A stretch of DNA of 64,000 nucleotides, taken from the NCBI GenBank assembly GCA_965202585.1, contig OZ241828.1, positions 48,174,001 through 48,238,000 of the forward strand, written 5' to 3'. Positions 24,701 through 39,700 of the stretch are shown in pieces. The first letter of the stretch is position 1; every line of letters begins with the position of its first letter. Made by a program: the position numbers and the translations under genes. The stretch comes from Thalia democratica (taxonomy: Eukaryota). A model generated the notes under the pieces. It searched no databases, was not told the origin of the DNA, and was given only the letters and a program-made list of their open reading frames with translations.

Positions 24701-27700
24701 CATTAAACTTTTTTATGGTATAAGAATTTATTAAAGTTTTAGAAAAAAAACTGTTTGGATAAGATTTTGAACCCTATAACCAAATTCAGTTGTTACTGTT
24801 ACTCTGTTGAAGAACATTGATAGGTTTTAATTCAATATTCTTACTTATTACCGAGTAGTAAATAAAGAAAAATGAGTACCACAGTGCTGACATTTTAGTC
24901 AAAACTATTTCTCTATCATTCTCTGAATTTTACTGGGACTATTATATCAGTATTAATTTTTTTTGGATTTATTTGTAGTTTATAAACTTACAAACGTAAA
25001 CTTAGTTTTTATTTATTGTGAATTTAGTAACCAAGTATTCTAATTGCGTGAAACTATCTTTAATATTTAAGCGGAACTTACAACCACAACAGCCAGGATG
25101 TCTCTTAAATCTGTTTCATTCATCTCATTTCCGCTATTGAAAACTTTCGACAGAAGGACAAGCAAAAAGTTGCAAAGTCTGCCATCTAGCGGAGACATCA
25201 TCATCTGAATACTTTGGATGAACGTCTTGGTCAGCTGCTCGATCATTTCATACTTTTGTGACTGAAACAAAAAAAAAGTAAAAAAAAGTTTACTAAATAA
25301 AGCTAAGGTGCTGTCTAAAGTAAATATCGATAAATAAAATCGAAATCTACAAATGAATAAAAGTCAAGGCTTGGGAGCTGATAACTTTAGCCACCCTACA
25401 GTTTTCATTAAATGAAGAGAATCAATATAGACTACTTGTTAGTTTATTTTAAATAATTAAAAACCTTGATTTGGGTGCTATCGAAGTGAGTGGCGGTTGA
25501 GAACTCGTTGTACCATTTTGAGCGCTCAGCAAAGAACTTTCGAAGGCATTTGCAATACATGCTGATGAACTTGCTGGCTGTGATCGTTTTCAGCACCGAA
25601 TGAATGGGACAGGCGACTCGAAGCGACAAGAAAACTGTTTTGCCGTGTTGTGAGATTTCTTTAAGTTCCTCCTTGCGCTTTAAATTGTAAGAAAAAGGTT
25701 AACTTTTAAGTGTAATAAATAATATCATTGTCAAAAGTATAAAAACCTGCTATTGTTTTGTATAATTAATTGTATTTAGTATACTAGCATTTTAACTTAT
25801 TGGTAATAAAAAACAACTTTTTACTACTAAAAAGTTTGTATATAAATACACTCGTCACTATTTTTCAATAATAAACTAACAATTCTTAAATCAGCGTGGA
25901 GTTGCTGTGTTTCAGATATTTGCTTTTTAATTTGATCCATGTCGTTTGAACATTTTTCAACCAGTTTCGTCAAGTCATCATCGTCTATGAAGCTTTTAGC
26001 GTAGTTTTGCGTCACCTAAAACATAACATATGTGTATTTAAGAACAATAAATAGTTTTAAAACACATATTGTTTAATAACTTCATTTCAGTGTTATAGTC
26101 ACAAAACTTAAGATTTATTAAACTAAAATAAGGTTGTTTAAAAACTTTTTAAAGTTTACTCAGTAAAACACAGAAATAAGAATAAACTTTTTTATATGTT
26201 TATCAGAAAAACAAGACAGGCGTCAAATATATACCGTTAAAAACAAATTACTTACTTTACCAAGCAAATCGTCTTTTGTTTCAGCGAGCTTGTTCAGCAA
26301 AAACATTTTGTCGCTTTCAAGAATTTTTCTCTGCGGCTCGAACTGCGGCCAGCGCAAAAACAAAACTTCCGAGTCGAGCTGCTGCTCCAACGCGTTGAAG
26401 CAGATGGCCAAGCTGGACACAGTAGTCAGATGTAGCGGGAAGTCTCTCCTGTCGTGGCGCGATGTCATCTCTAGACTGTGGTTGGTCGTTATAAAAAGCC
26501 TGCAATTGTGTTGAAATTAGTTTCTGACTTAAATTTTTAAAGCGCTGAAAACTATGTGAAAATAAAATTTCAATTTTTTTAAACCCAGTATTTCAACAGT
26601 TCAATTTTTTATTGTTGAAAACAATTTTGTGTCAGGGGACCAATAAAATTTAACTAACAAATTTATAAGCTCAGCATAACTTTTTTCTACTTTTACTAAA
26701 ACTGAAGTGCTGTTTAAAGCTTATTTTTAAAACAATGATAAAAAAGTAAAACAATTATAATTATACAAAAAAGCTTTTAGTAGTAAACAGTATTTAAATA
26801 CTTGCTTGTTATGGAGATTTTTACCTGAAATCAGCATGTTTGTGATCTTTGCTGCTGCATGCATCTCTGATGATCTTCTTCACTAAACTTCTTCTTCGCT
26901 CCGCATCTGTGATCAGCAGACAAGCTCCATGTTTCTTGGCGCTAGCTATGATCAGTAAAATGTCCTTGTTGGTCACTTTAAATTTCCACAGTTCGTTTAG
27001 CGGTTTGAACAACTTTATAAGCTCACTATTCTCAGCCTTTGTTTGGGTACATCAAGTTTAGTAATTTAATTAAGGTTAAAAACAATTTTTAAAACAGTAT
27101 ATTGAAAGTTGTTACAGTAATATTTATTTCAATTTCGTAACTTACAGGCACAAAACTTATCTCTTGTTATTTATTACTTATGATCTATATTTAACAAAAG
27201 ACAGCTATCATAAATATACTTTGTAATCAAACTGTTAGATTAATTTTGAAGACAGACTTTAAATTAAAATCGCAGCTTAATAAAATACATTTAAAATAGT
27301 AGTTTTTTGATATCAGTAATTTAGAAATTATTTTTGGCGATACCTTACAAAATATAGGTATTTACAAATAACTTAAGACTTACTATTATCCCTTTTTAGA
27401 AAAACAAAAACTATAACTATACATCAAATTAGTTACAATTTGTATGCTAATTACTTAAACAGCAAAGTTGTTTTAAATAAGTTTTTAGAATATTAAAAAA
27501 CAATAAAAGCTATATGAAATTTTAGTAAACTAAAATATACTAACTTGACATCCTTCGGATTTTGTAGGTCTCACAATATTTTCAGAAACCCTTTTCTCAA
27601 CACTGACTACATTTGGGGTGCTTTGCGATTCCCTCAACTGAATATTGGTAAGTTTGTATATAATATTTTCCCGAGTAACAAGTTCACTTTGTTTTTCAAC

Positions 27701-30700
27701 AAATAGAGTTTACAGTATTTTAGTACTTTGTAAAACTTAGATCATTAAGTTAAAAGGTCATATACTTATACTATAATCAAAAGTGTTACAGAACTAGCTA
27801 AAATATATAACCACAACTTTCTACAATTACGAAAATTAATCCAAACAAAATTTAAAAAATAAAAATTTCTTACCAATACCTAAAAAAGGTGATAATGCAT
27901 CAATAACTTAAAACCAAAGTACCAAATTAAAAATAGCTTGAATTGTGCATAGATTAAAAAACAGCATACATTATGTTACAACTTCGCACCAATTTTTTAT
28001 TGAGTGTTTAAGTGTAACCAAAAGAAACAGTTATTGTACATTAGTATTGTTTTATCACCTTGTGAGCTTTTTTTATTAGATCGTCAAACTGCATAGCTGA
28101 AGAAATAGTGGCTGCAAACTTAATTTTTTTTTTCTTCTTGTAAAAACGTTGTTCAATGTTAATGTATTTCTTTAGCATAGTCTTACGTTCTGCGTGTGCT
28201 TCTGTAAAAGTAATAAAATATGAGCAATATAAGTTGGAAAGTAAGTTAATTTACCCTGTTTTAATACACTAGAAAACTAAGTTATTTAAAATACAAAAAA
28301 AAACTAAATAATTGAAAATCATAATTTTTAAAACATACTTAAATAGTAAACTGTTTAAAATGACACTTGAAATAAAATTCAAAAACCTTTCTCTTTGCTC
28401 TTCTCAACTTCCCTGTCCTTCATCATCATACTGAAGATGTGATCCAGCCACTTGGGGGCGCGTTCGTCGGGATCGAACAAAAATTGGGGCGCGGCGCTTG
28501 GTTGGTAGGTGGCTAACGCGTGGATGCGGAGGGCGTCGTAACGCGACTTGTGGTCGGCAGTCGTGATGTCGCACATCAGCTTCCGCTGCTCCCCCGCGCT
28601 CGACAGAATGTCCACCAATGAAAAGTTTTCTCGAGTCTGTGTTTAGTTCACATTAATATTGCAGTGTCGTTATAAACAGTGTTAACTTTTCTTGATAAAT
28701 TTTGTTGACTAATTTGCTTTATAAACTTTATTAATTTGTTAATAAATTTACATTACTTTTGGTAAACTAAACTATAACATCGTAAACGGAAACTATAAGT
28801 TCCCTTCAAGGATTTATCTACAATTTGCACAAATTATAAAATAGCTTCTTAAATTTTGTTAAATAAAAATATTTTAACTGACATAGTATTTAAAGAAGTT
28901 TACTCTAAAGATTTATGTACATATTTTTGAAATTTTCGACCAATTACACATAAAACGTACTCGAACAAACACTTTGTTTGTGTTTAGCGCCAAATTATCA
29001 AGTGAAGTGCTTGATGAACCCAACAGAGATGTTCTTTTTGTCTTAAACAATGGTTCAATATCTAAAGCAATTTCATCTGCGAACGACCTGATCTTCTCCA
29101 ACTGCGGATTGTCCCCAACTTCAATCGTGTCACATTCTTTGTTGTACCTACCCTACGATTTAAAAATACTCAGTAACTAGATAGTATTACAATTAAGGCC
29201 ATAGCGGGGGGGGGGGGGTCCAACATTTTTTTTTACAAAAATAAACTTCGGCTTTTATATGAAAGCTTTAAGTACAAACTACAAGCCAGTTTTTATAGAA
29301 TTCAAAAACGTCATTTAACTTTTGAGATATTTAATTTTTTGTAAAAACATTCCAATATAAACGTATGGACCGCAAATATTTTGGGGTCAATTTTCTTGGA
29401 AATTTTAAAATTCATTAAAAATCTATCTCCTCCTTCATTTTTCAAGCAATCTTCTTCAAATTTTCAGGAAACATTCCTTATAAGAAAAGGTAAAAACGTT
29501 AATTTAGAATTTTAATAACTTTAAAATATTAAAATTTTATTACAAAAAAAAAAAAAGGTGTTATTTTTTTCAAAAAAAAAATATTTTTACTAAAAAATTT
29601 TTAAATTCCAAAGTAACGTTTTTTTGTTATTGTATAAAGACTAGACTGTTAAAGTTTGAAGAAAATTGCTTGAAAAATGTAGGAGGAGATAGATTTTAAT
29701 TGAAATAGTCTTTTTTCGCTGTTTTAGTTTTCCCTTTCCATAGGGAACCTATTATGCGGCCCGACTTTGACTGGTCATATCTCAAAAAATAATTCCAAAT
29801 TTTTAAAACGATAAAAAGCATCTTGAAGCTTAGAAATAACTCTATAAAATAAGATCAACTTGTAAAAAACATGGTTTACCTCCCCCTATGTCCTTAAAAA
29901 GCTTAATTAAAAATGTATACACAAAGATAACTTAGTCTAAGATGGTAGCAAAATTAATTTGATAAATGTGCTGTACTGTTAGTTATTTCAGTAAATATTA
30001 TAAGAAGTAATTTATAATTAATATATATATATATACATATATAAATTATATTTATTTATATATAACAATATATTTAGATTTTAAAGACTAATTATAATAA
30101 ATAAAGTACTGTTATTTTAAATGAATTTAAAAATTTTAATATAAATATTTATATGTATATATAGATCATCTAGGCTAGCATAAGGAGCTGTCAATAACTT
30201 TTTTTTACTATAAATATATTCTAAAATATAGTTTAGCAACTAATTTATAACATTTACGTTCAACAGGATTGCCCCTGGTTTTTGATAAATTTATTCCATG
30301 TGTTTTAAATTACACGCTTTTTGGTTTATTTTTAGTTTAAAGTTAATGTTTAGGTTAAAAATTGTGTTAAGTAGTTGTTGACAACTTTGAAAAGATACTG
30401 TAAAGCTAATTTAAATGTGTTTTTTTATAAAAAAATTTCAATGATGACAAAAAAATTCTATTGATATGATAGATTTTTCATGTCAAATCGAAATTTTACT
30501 ATTAACATGTATAAGTTGTTTGAAATTTAAAGTTTTTTTGTAATTTTCGTTCAAAACTCCTGGTTTTTCCAGGTTTTTTTTTCAAAGTTTCTCAAATTCC
30601 AGGTTTTTTAGCCTTAATTGTAAAATTCCAGGTTTTCCAGGATTCCAGGTTTTGTGCCAAGGATAATTGTAATTCGTGCAAAATTAATTCTTGGTTTTAA

Positions 30701-33700
30701 ATTGTCATCGTGAAATTTTGTTCCCTCCTGCAAATTTGTCTTCGTGCAATTTTGTGCCCTAGTGCAATTTTATCTTCGTGCAATTTAGTAACCTCGTGCA
30801 ATTTTGACCCGTTTCCAGAGAAAAATACTAAAGTTGATACAACTGCGAAAATCACTGCATAGTTTTTTCTTAACTATTAAAGTTACTATTTTATTTAAAA
30901 AAAATAATAACTAAACAAATAACAGTATATCTTTATTTACGTTAGCGTGCAAGTGACTACAATATCAGAAATCCTATCTGTAAAATTCCTTAAAAACTTT
31001 TCGTTTACAACAGTCTTAAAAGATTTTATTTAATCAGTACAAAATGTAGCTACAAAAAAAGCTTTAAAGTATTACAAACATTAATAAACACATGCATGAA
31101 GTTATTTTACACTGTTATTAAAACTCGCTTATTGATTTAATACTTGAAAATAGTTACATGTTTGCAAACTGTGGTCCAGTAGCGGATAGAATCGCTACAA
31201 TGGTCATCAGTCATGCAGCCCTGGTATATGGAGCATGCAGCAGTCAGTAAGGCGTCCCCGTAACATGTTTGGCAATTTACCTGTGCTTGTTTGCATGTAA
31301 CCAGCCAATCGTCAATGTGGTGACCCATACTTTCCTCCAACTCATTTGCCTGTTTACAAGCAATAATATATTACCATTTAAAATGAACTACTGCTTCAAA
31401 ACTACATTCACTGTGTTTTAGCTAAATACAATAATACAGTTAGGACACCAAGACAGTGGTTCTCAAAAATCTAAAGAATTGCGTACATAAAATTAGTGAG
31501 GAAAAAATATGTGCAAACAAGAAAACTTAGTAGTCGTTCTAATAACAAACTAGTGTTATGTTTTTCAATAGTTTTATTTAATAATATATTAATAAACTAC
31601 TAAAAATTAGAATAATAAAAACATAGTTATAAACTACTAAAAACAAACTAAGTTGTATAAAACTCATTTTAAGCAAACAATTTAAATTTATGTGCTCAGT
31701 AAAACAATTTCTATGAACACTACTGTGCAGTGTGCACAAGTACAAACTTTCAGATAGACTGCACTAAGTTATGTATACATTAAAGTAATTACTAAACTAT
31801 CACTTTTTGTATACCTGTTTACTTATTGACTATTGATGTAACTAAATTCTAAATACGGTTATAGGAACAAATTAGACAAATTTCACAAAGTTCTTTTTTC
31901 TACAATTGTCTATAAAGCATTTAAATTAACAAATGTGTAGGAAATAGATTAGTGTTTTTCTCTTATGTAGCATTTAAAATAGAACTCTATATATTTTCTA
32001 ATAAACATAACTTTAAACTAAGAACATACTTTTTTAAGCTTTTTTAAAACTTCTTCTGTTTTTACGTCAAGTTGTTTACGTTGAAATATTGCACGCTTGT
32101 GAGCTTGTGTAGCCGTATCAAGAAAATGTTTTGTTTTAGAATATCTTCAAGAGTATAAATAAACAATTTAAGAAAAGTTATATTTAAAATCATAACTTAC
32201 TTTTGTTAGTAGTATTAATTTATTTTATGTACTAAAAGTTACTTAAATAAACTTTCTTATACTTAAAAACACTTTAAAAAAATTCAAACGAAAAGTATTT
32301 AGATAGAAAAACAAACAACCTTACGCGTTTTTCTCCATATGATTTATACATACTGTCCAGTTCTTTTTCATAATTTTTTACCATATCAATTTTGGGCTGG
32401 AGAAATCTGTGTGATTTCGCATACTGAAAAACAGCGTGAATCCACCTACATAGTTCAGCCCCTGCCTTACTACTTTTTCTTATATGATCCGGCTAAACAA
32501 TAAAAAAAAACTTTTATTATCAAATCTCAGATCAAAATAGAGTAGATATTTACTAAATTTTAAACTAAGGTAACCTAAATATTAAAGAATTTAGTAAAAG
32601 TTAAATTTTATAACCACAAAGTTAAAAAGTTCAACACTTTATCATATGACATTAAAACTTTTATCGTGAAATAAAAAAGGTTAAAATTGTACCTTTAATA
32701 AGCAAATATTTTTTTTTAGAAAAAAATAGATGAATTGTACAAAATTTAAAGTTAGGATAAAAAAATACACTATTAAAAGAATACGAACTTAAAACAAACC
32801 GTAAATGTAGGCTGTTTAATGTAACCACTCAAGTACTCATAAACAGAGTTTGACATGTGGTCTTTGTCATAGAACTCCAACTGCGTAAAGATTCTGTTTT
32901 TCACATAAAATTAATTTACTTAAAATTACTCTGAACTTATTTGCTTTTGCTTTATATTTTTCTTTTTTTTTTAAATTACCAGCACAAACAACACAAACAG
33001 AAGATAAAAGAAAGTGATCGAAAACTCTTAAAGTATTTGTAATCTTTGATTTATTAGTAATTTTTCCAAATTACTGAAACTTTTAGAATTTTTTTAAGTA
33101 TCGTTTTTGGTTTAAATTATAATTTATAAAGTGAAATTTGTATATGCAATAATTTTTGATATTTTTTTTTGTGCAGCCGACTTGATTTAATTTACTTAGT
33201 TTTGAAATTAAGCCGTTCCAGTTACTAATATTCTTAATTTTAATCAAACTCTAAATCAGGGTTTCCTAAAATGGGCGACATCGTCCCCAATAACTAATAA
33301 GTAAGCAAAAAACAAACTAAATAAAAAGGGGTAATATTTTTTTTAATTTCAGCCAAACTGGCAATTACGAAAATGAGTTTGGTAAACTTTAGTGTAAATT
33401 CAAATATGTTGTTTTACTAATAAAATTCCTTTTTCATAGTGTTTTTAATGTTTGAAAAAGACTAATGAAAGGTTGAAACAACCTTGTGTTTAAACTGATA
33501 TTCAAAAATAAAATTATTCCACCAAACTCATATTTTTAGTACTTTTCAGATTATTTAAGGTTTTTTTAACTATCACCACCAAAAAAAAACTGTAACTAAT
33601 ATTAAATATAGATTTCAACTTAGTAGTATTAATTTAAATCACAGAACCATTTTAATCACGCCTAGTAGCTATTGTAAAAATTCAAGCTATAATCTATTTA

Positions 33701-36700
33701 AAAGTTAAATTGTATTTAACATTGATTAATAAATTGTAATTATTAACAAAATATTAAGTTTTAGTTTTGAGGTAAATAAAAATAAATTTTGTTTATAGCT
33801 TATTTTTTGTAATCTTTATTTCGACTGATTAATAAATTTAGTTGCTCAACATTGTTTGTATAACATACATAGCTTACAGTAAGTTGGATTTAATTCAAAC
33901 TATATGTGAAAAATTAACTTTTCATTTATAGTAAATTAGAAAAATAAAAAACTTACAAACTGAAAGTAGAAGGTTAGTGGACTTTTTAAGCGTATACAAC
34001 TAAATATTTTTGTAAGAAAACAGTTATTTTAGAATACCCACCCTTCTTTTAAAATAAGGTTTCTACCAGACTCCCAGCATATTGGCTTCACTTCAAACAT
34101 TCTGCACAAACACTCAATGACTTTTACAGTTCCAATGGGTGGCGATTGGTACCGCTTGATCTCCAACAAGTCCGTGTAACTGAGATGCCTCAAAGCTTCC
34201 ACGGCCATGTCAAACAACGGTTGCGTCTGATGATGCGGCGCACAGGTTAATATTTATACTTTGAAAGCTGATTGATATAAAAGCGAGCAATTTTTGAAAA
34301 TAATGTTTAAAGATGGAAGAAAGTTTTTAGCATAGAACTGTTTTAAGTTTTGATTTAGTACTAGAAATATACTAAGTTATAAGTGTTAGCAGTAACAGTT
34401 TTTTCTTTAATTTTACTCTTTATACAAAGTTTTTAGGTTTTTGTACCATATAGTAAAGATGCTATTCAACTATTTATTTATGACCGGTTTCGGTGAAAAA
34501 AACATCTGAACTTGTGAAACATCCTTGTCAGATTATTTTCTCACAAAACCGGTCATAAATAAAATAGTTAATTAACACGTTTATAACTATCTAAACAAGC
34601 ACTTTACACAGTAAATTGCGCAATATTTTATAGTTAACACAAATAATTATACAGATTTATATCATAATAAATATTTAAGGGAATCTTAAACAGAAAATGA
34701 AAAGCTAAAAATGGTTTTTACTTAAATATAGTCTAGTCTATTTTGTAATAGTAGTAAAATTTAAAACAATTTCATCTTTATAATTTCGTTCAAAACAAAC
34801 TTCTTTATTTATTGGAACAAAGATTAAAAAATGCTTTTTTCTTTCGTCTTTTTTTTCACAAAATAAAAACGCTTTTATAACTAAAATCTTTAAATTTAAT
34901 AGTTTTCTCTATATAGATTAATAATAAATTTATAAAAATAATAAAACTAAACTTATCAAATAGAGAGTTTTTAATTTTATTTCTTTTGTATATTACTTTA
35001 ATATTTTTTTCAAATGTAGTTAAAATAGAAAGTTAAACTACATTGTAGTTTACTAATTATGAAATGTTTAAAGAAATTACTAAAAAAAAATTAAAGCTAA
35101 TTTACTTAATACAGGTTTCCATAGATTTTTTGTAAATCAATCCAGGTTTTAAAATATTTGTCTATATTTTGAATAAAATCAAACTCAAGTTTAAAAGACT
35201 GTCTTCAGTAGTATAACAACATTGAAAAAATACTATCAAGCTACTTTAAATGTGTTTTTTAATCTTTATGATAGATTTTTCGTATCTAATAGAAATTTTT
35301 TTACTCTATATGTAAAAATAGTTGTTTTTTAAAATAGTAAAAAAATATTTTAAGTGACTTTTATTTAAAATTCTAGGTTTTACTTGGTTTATTTTCTAAA
35401 TTTCTCGAGTTCTAGGATTTTTTTTTTTTTTTCTTAAATTATCAAATTCCAGGTCTTTTTAGGAGTCCAAGCTTTTTGGCAACCCTGTTTTTTATATATA
35501 AATAACTTATCAAAAAATTTCACCTCGTCGGCCGCTTTAACTGACATTCTTTTTGTTTGCGTCAGTTTTTCTTCGAGCTCATTGATAGCTATCTTTTCTA
35601 AATTGCAGTCGTTTTTGGCCTCTTTGTACTCAGAAGTAGCTCTTCCAAGCGTGTGTTTCCACTCTTCCTCTAACTTAATCGCTTGCTGATGTTGCGGAAC
35701 GAGAAAGTCACGTTGCTTGACGAAATCAGAAATTTCGTTTTTCAACAGACGAACCCGGGTGACTACTTTGTCAAACCTTGAAGTAGGTAAATCGAAAATT
35801 ATATAAAAGCTTAATTTTTTTAGGTAACGCAAAATTTTATTTTTAACAACTATAAGCATTGTTATAATACAGGTGCTGTGCAAAACTAATTAAAAACATT
35901 CTGTATATAGCATTTTATATAAATGTGCTACTACTTTTTTAGACTTTGAAAGCACTTTTAACCTGTTCAGTACTTCTTGAGATTTTTCGTAGATTCTACA
36001 GGCTATTCCACTAATCATACCAGCCATTTTTAAAAAAGATAAAGGACCAATTATATCTTCTGAATTTGACAACGACTCTTAAAAAAAAAATTTCTAAATT
36101 CATTTTTATTAATTCATTGTTAAAAGCATTGAATTAATCGAAGTACCTAAATTATATGTTTATTAAAGTAGTTATAGTATTTGACAACTATATTTTTAAT
36201 AAACTAAGTTTTTTTTTGAACTTAGAGAATTTTTTTAATCAAGGTTTAGTTATTTAAAAAAAAGTTTTTCTAACAAAATCATGAGCTTAAAGGATAAAAA
36301 TCTAACAAAATTATTTTATTGTCGAATGGAAACCTACTTTGTTTTACAAAACTTAGTAGTACAATAATTATTTGTAAAGACTTTACGTATAGCTTCACGT
36401 ATATGATCAACAAAAACATCGGCGAAAGTCTACAGAGCCTAAGCCTGGATTTTCGTATGCCGTGAGACAAGCTCAAGTTTAACAAAGGCTTGATCATATT
36501 AATTCGATCATTCACATATATGACATATAAAATATACTGTAATCGTACGTATAAATAAGCTCTACTGGCTACAACTCCCACTCACTTCCTTTCTTAAAGG
36601 GCATACGGGGGGTAAACACCTTTTTTTGAATTTTTATCTTATTTTATATAGTTTTTACTAAGCTACAAAATGCTTTTTACGGATTAAAAAAGTTCAAAAA

Positions 36701-39700
36701 ATTTTTTGAGATATAGTCGGTCATAGTCGGAGGTAACAATAGGTTCCTTATGGGGGGGGGGGCGCAAACTAAAACGGCAAAAATAGACTATTTCACTGAA
36801 AATCTATCTTCTCCTACATTTCTTGAGATAACCACCTCAAACTTTCAGGAAATTTTCCTTGATATATTTTTAAAAGTTCTGTCGGAATGAATTTAAAAAA
36901 AAAATTATATAAAAAATTAAGAAAAAAACAATTTAAAAATTAGTTATTTGCCGTTTTAGTTTGCGCCTCCCATAAGGATCCTATTGTTGCCTCCGACTTT
37001 GACCGACTATATCTCAAAAATTATTTTGAATTTTAAAATCTGTAAAAAGCGTCTTGTAGCTTAGTAAAAACTAAATAAATAAGATCAAATTTCAAAAAAA
37101 AGGTGTTAACCCCCCTATGCCCTTAACTACTTTTTTTTAATAAAGGTTCATACTAATAATGTGTTTTATTGGTATACTATCAAAATCCACCCAAATTTTT
37201 TTTCTTTGTTTATTCATTTTATACATTTTTTGCATTTTTTATATTCATTTTTTTATTTATAATTCACTATTACTGTTACCCCTAACCCTTACCCTCGATC
37301 GGTAAGCACTTCTCGAATTTGACTGGGTGGATTTTGATCGCGTGTGGATTTTGAACGTGTCCTGTTTTACTAACGAAAACTTCCTTATTAGATATTTATT
37401 TAGTGAAACTTAACTAATACTTTTAGTACTATATTTGTATCTAAATTTTATTTTTGATGAGCAAGATTTTGAAAAATCCGAGCTGCTCAAAATCTCGAAA
37501 ATCTTGATGCAAAAATAGATACAGATGCTTGCTACTTACTATTCACTCATATTTATTTAAATTTTTGATATTTTTCGAAAAAGCAATAGTAAATTTTGAT
37601 GATAAAATTATAGATCGTAAATAAATAGTTCTAAAAGTACTTTAGTCTTGTTATTTCAATAATAAAACACGATAAAAACTAAATCAATTCTATACATTTA
37701 TCATTGAGATAAGAATGACCTAAGTTAGATCTCTTTACTAATTTTTTTTTTAAAGTTCACCGAAAATACTTGTATACTTGCTGTTTCGAAGATTAGTAAA
37801 TAAAAACAGAAGTACACAAGGTTCTACAAAGTTAGTAATCCTAAAATTAACAAAAAATATAAATCAGAACAATAGAAAGGTTAAAAATATTGGTATATAA
37901 TTAAAATAAATGATTTATGCTTAAAAAAATATTCCTTTTTCTGTGAAAAAGCTTGTAAGTTCACTAAAATAAAATAACTTTTTGAATAAGTAATACCAAC
38001 AAACGTGAGTTTCATATTATATAGTATTTTAGTGATTATCGCTACAGTAGAAGTCACAAAAACCACTTGATGTACTTATAAGTATGAGTACTCTACTATA
38101 ATAATTAAAGTTCAGAGTATTAAAAAGCTTCAATTTTTTAAGAGTATACAAATTTTTTTTAAGAGTACTCTATAAAAAAAGCTAAATACAACTTTAATGG
38201 TTGGTAGATTTTGACTAGATGTAGATATTCAAAGATAATAAGAAATTTAAGATCTAATCGTTAAAATTTATGACAGTATAATGATAACTCCTAAAATCAT
38301 CTTAAAAATTATTTAAATAATTACTTAGAAAAAACAATCTAAAGCAGCAATCTACAATGATAAAAAAAACTAACTTTTAGTTCTTTTAGCGGAGTCTATA
38401 TGAATGTGTGCCATTACATGTGAAATGTTTTCAATTTGGTCAGTTAGTAGCTGAGGGTCTACTAAGTTACTAGGTTGAATTCCTTAATAATCATTATTAA
38501 TTTTTTGAGTTATCTTTTAAAAAATAATTTTAGACTTATGAATAAATATATCAGTATACTTTACTTATCATAATTTATTATTTAGTACTTATTTTATTAT
38601 TTTTCACCCACAGTAGTAAAACTATATTTTAAGCAGTACTTAAAATGATGAAAATAATTACTATACTATTATTTTGTTTTAAAGCAAATAAAAAAAAGCA
38701 ATGTTTTTATAAAAACAACTTATGCATTAACTGATAATTATAATATAATACTGCAAAGAAGACAACTAAGTTTATCTACCTGATTTCTCTGGATCAATGC
38801 TATCGTTTTTGTATGCTTCAACTTGACATTTAAAGAAATTTTCAGCAATTTGTTTCCAGTGCGAATGAGGCCACGATCGATAAAAATCTATCAGAAGACT
38901 ACTACAAAACAGCTGAGGTAAACTGAAAAATTAAATGTTAAGTATACTTATTGGTTTTTAGTTTCTTAGCTTTTTTTTCCTTTATTCCCTTATAATAATT
39001 CATAATTTAACTTTAAATTAAAATACTCTGATGCAAGTATCTAAACATGTTTGTAGTTAGTTAAAATAAAACAAAATATTATTAGTATTTCAGTAAATTG
39101 AAATTTCAAGATGTATGAAAATCAAATAACAATATAACTTTTTATGTTCTTATTTAACTTTATTTAATAATTGTATTTGTTAAAAAAAACTAAAATTTAT
39201 GTTCTGTCATTTTATATGTAAATAATTTAAAAAATTGACAACTAAAATGGTTTGAATATGCAATTAAGTTTAAACTAACTGCTTAAGGCGATCAGTAAAG
39301 TTAAGAACTCGTCTATGATTATCAAAATTAAGAAAGTAGCCATCCTTTTCTTCTACGACTGACAACTCATCTGTATCTATAATCCATAAAAATAATTACA
39401 TTTTTTTTGCTTATGCTATAAAAACACTTAAGTACACATTTTTGAGCTTTCCACTTAAAATTTTAATTTAAAGCAACCTTTACAAGTAACGTAATAACTA
39501 TATTAAAAAAACTTCTAAATTTAATTTCTAAACGGCGATACCTTTCCAAGTAGGGCAATCCATCAAAATTACAATACAAAGATTTTTTTTAACACGAGAC
39601 AGAAAAGTTTCAATAAATTCATTAATTTTGTGATATGGTACTTGTCTGGTTTTCTGTCCTGCTGGATGTTTATTAAAGAAGTTTGAGTTTTCAATTACAA

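Noticed and set aside
34220-34250. Hammerhead ribozyme (CTGATGA core)
   Set aside because: The CTGATGA hits I noticed lie in exons, at an acceptor or in AT-rich intron, without the required GAAA and stems.
36421-36560. RNase P/MRP RNA (GAAAGUC motif)
   Set aside because: No convincing complementary CR-V partner for the P4 helix downstream.
36279-36581. 100-aa minus-strand ORF in intron
   Set aside because: GTG start, no recognisable homology or good splice sites, and it overlaps a hairpin better explained as structure or mini-MITE.
37881-38074. Candidate dynein exon (VFVTSTVAII...)
   Set aside because: The expected VTP-like segment is supplied by exon 35963-36077 (IIGPLSFL), which is phase-compatible with 38375-38482.
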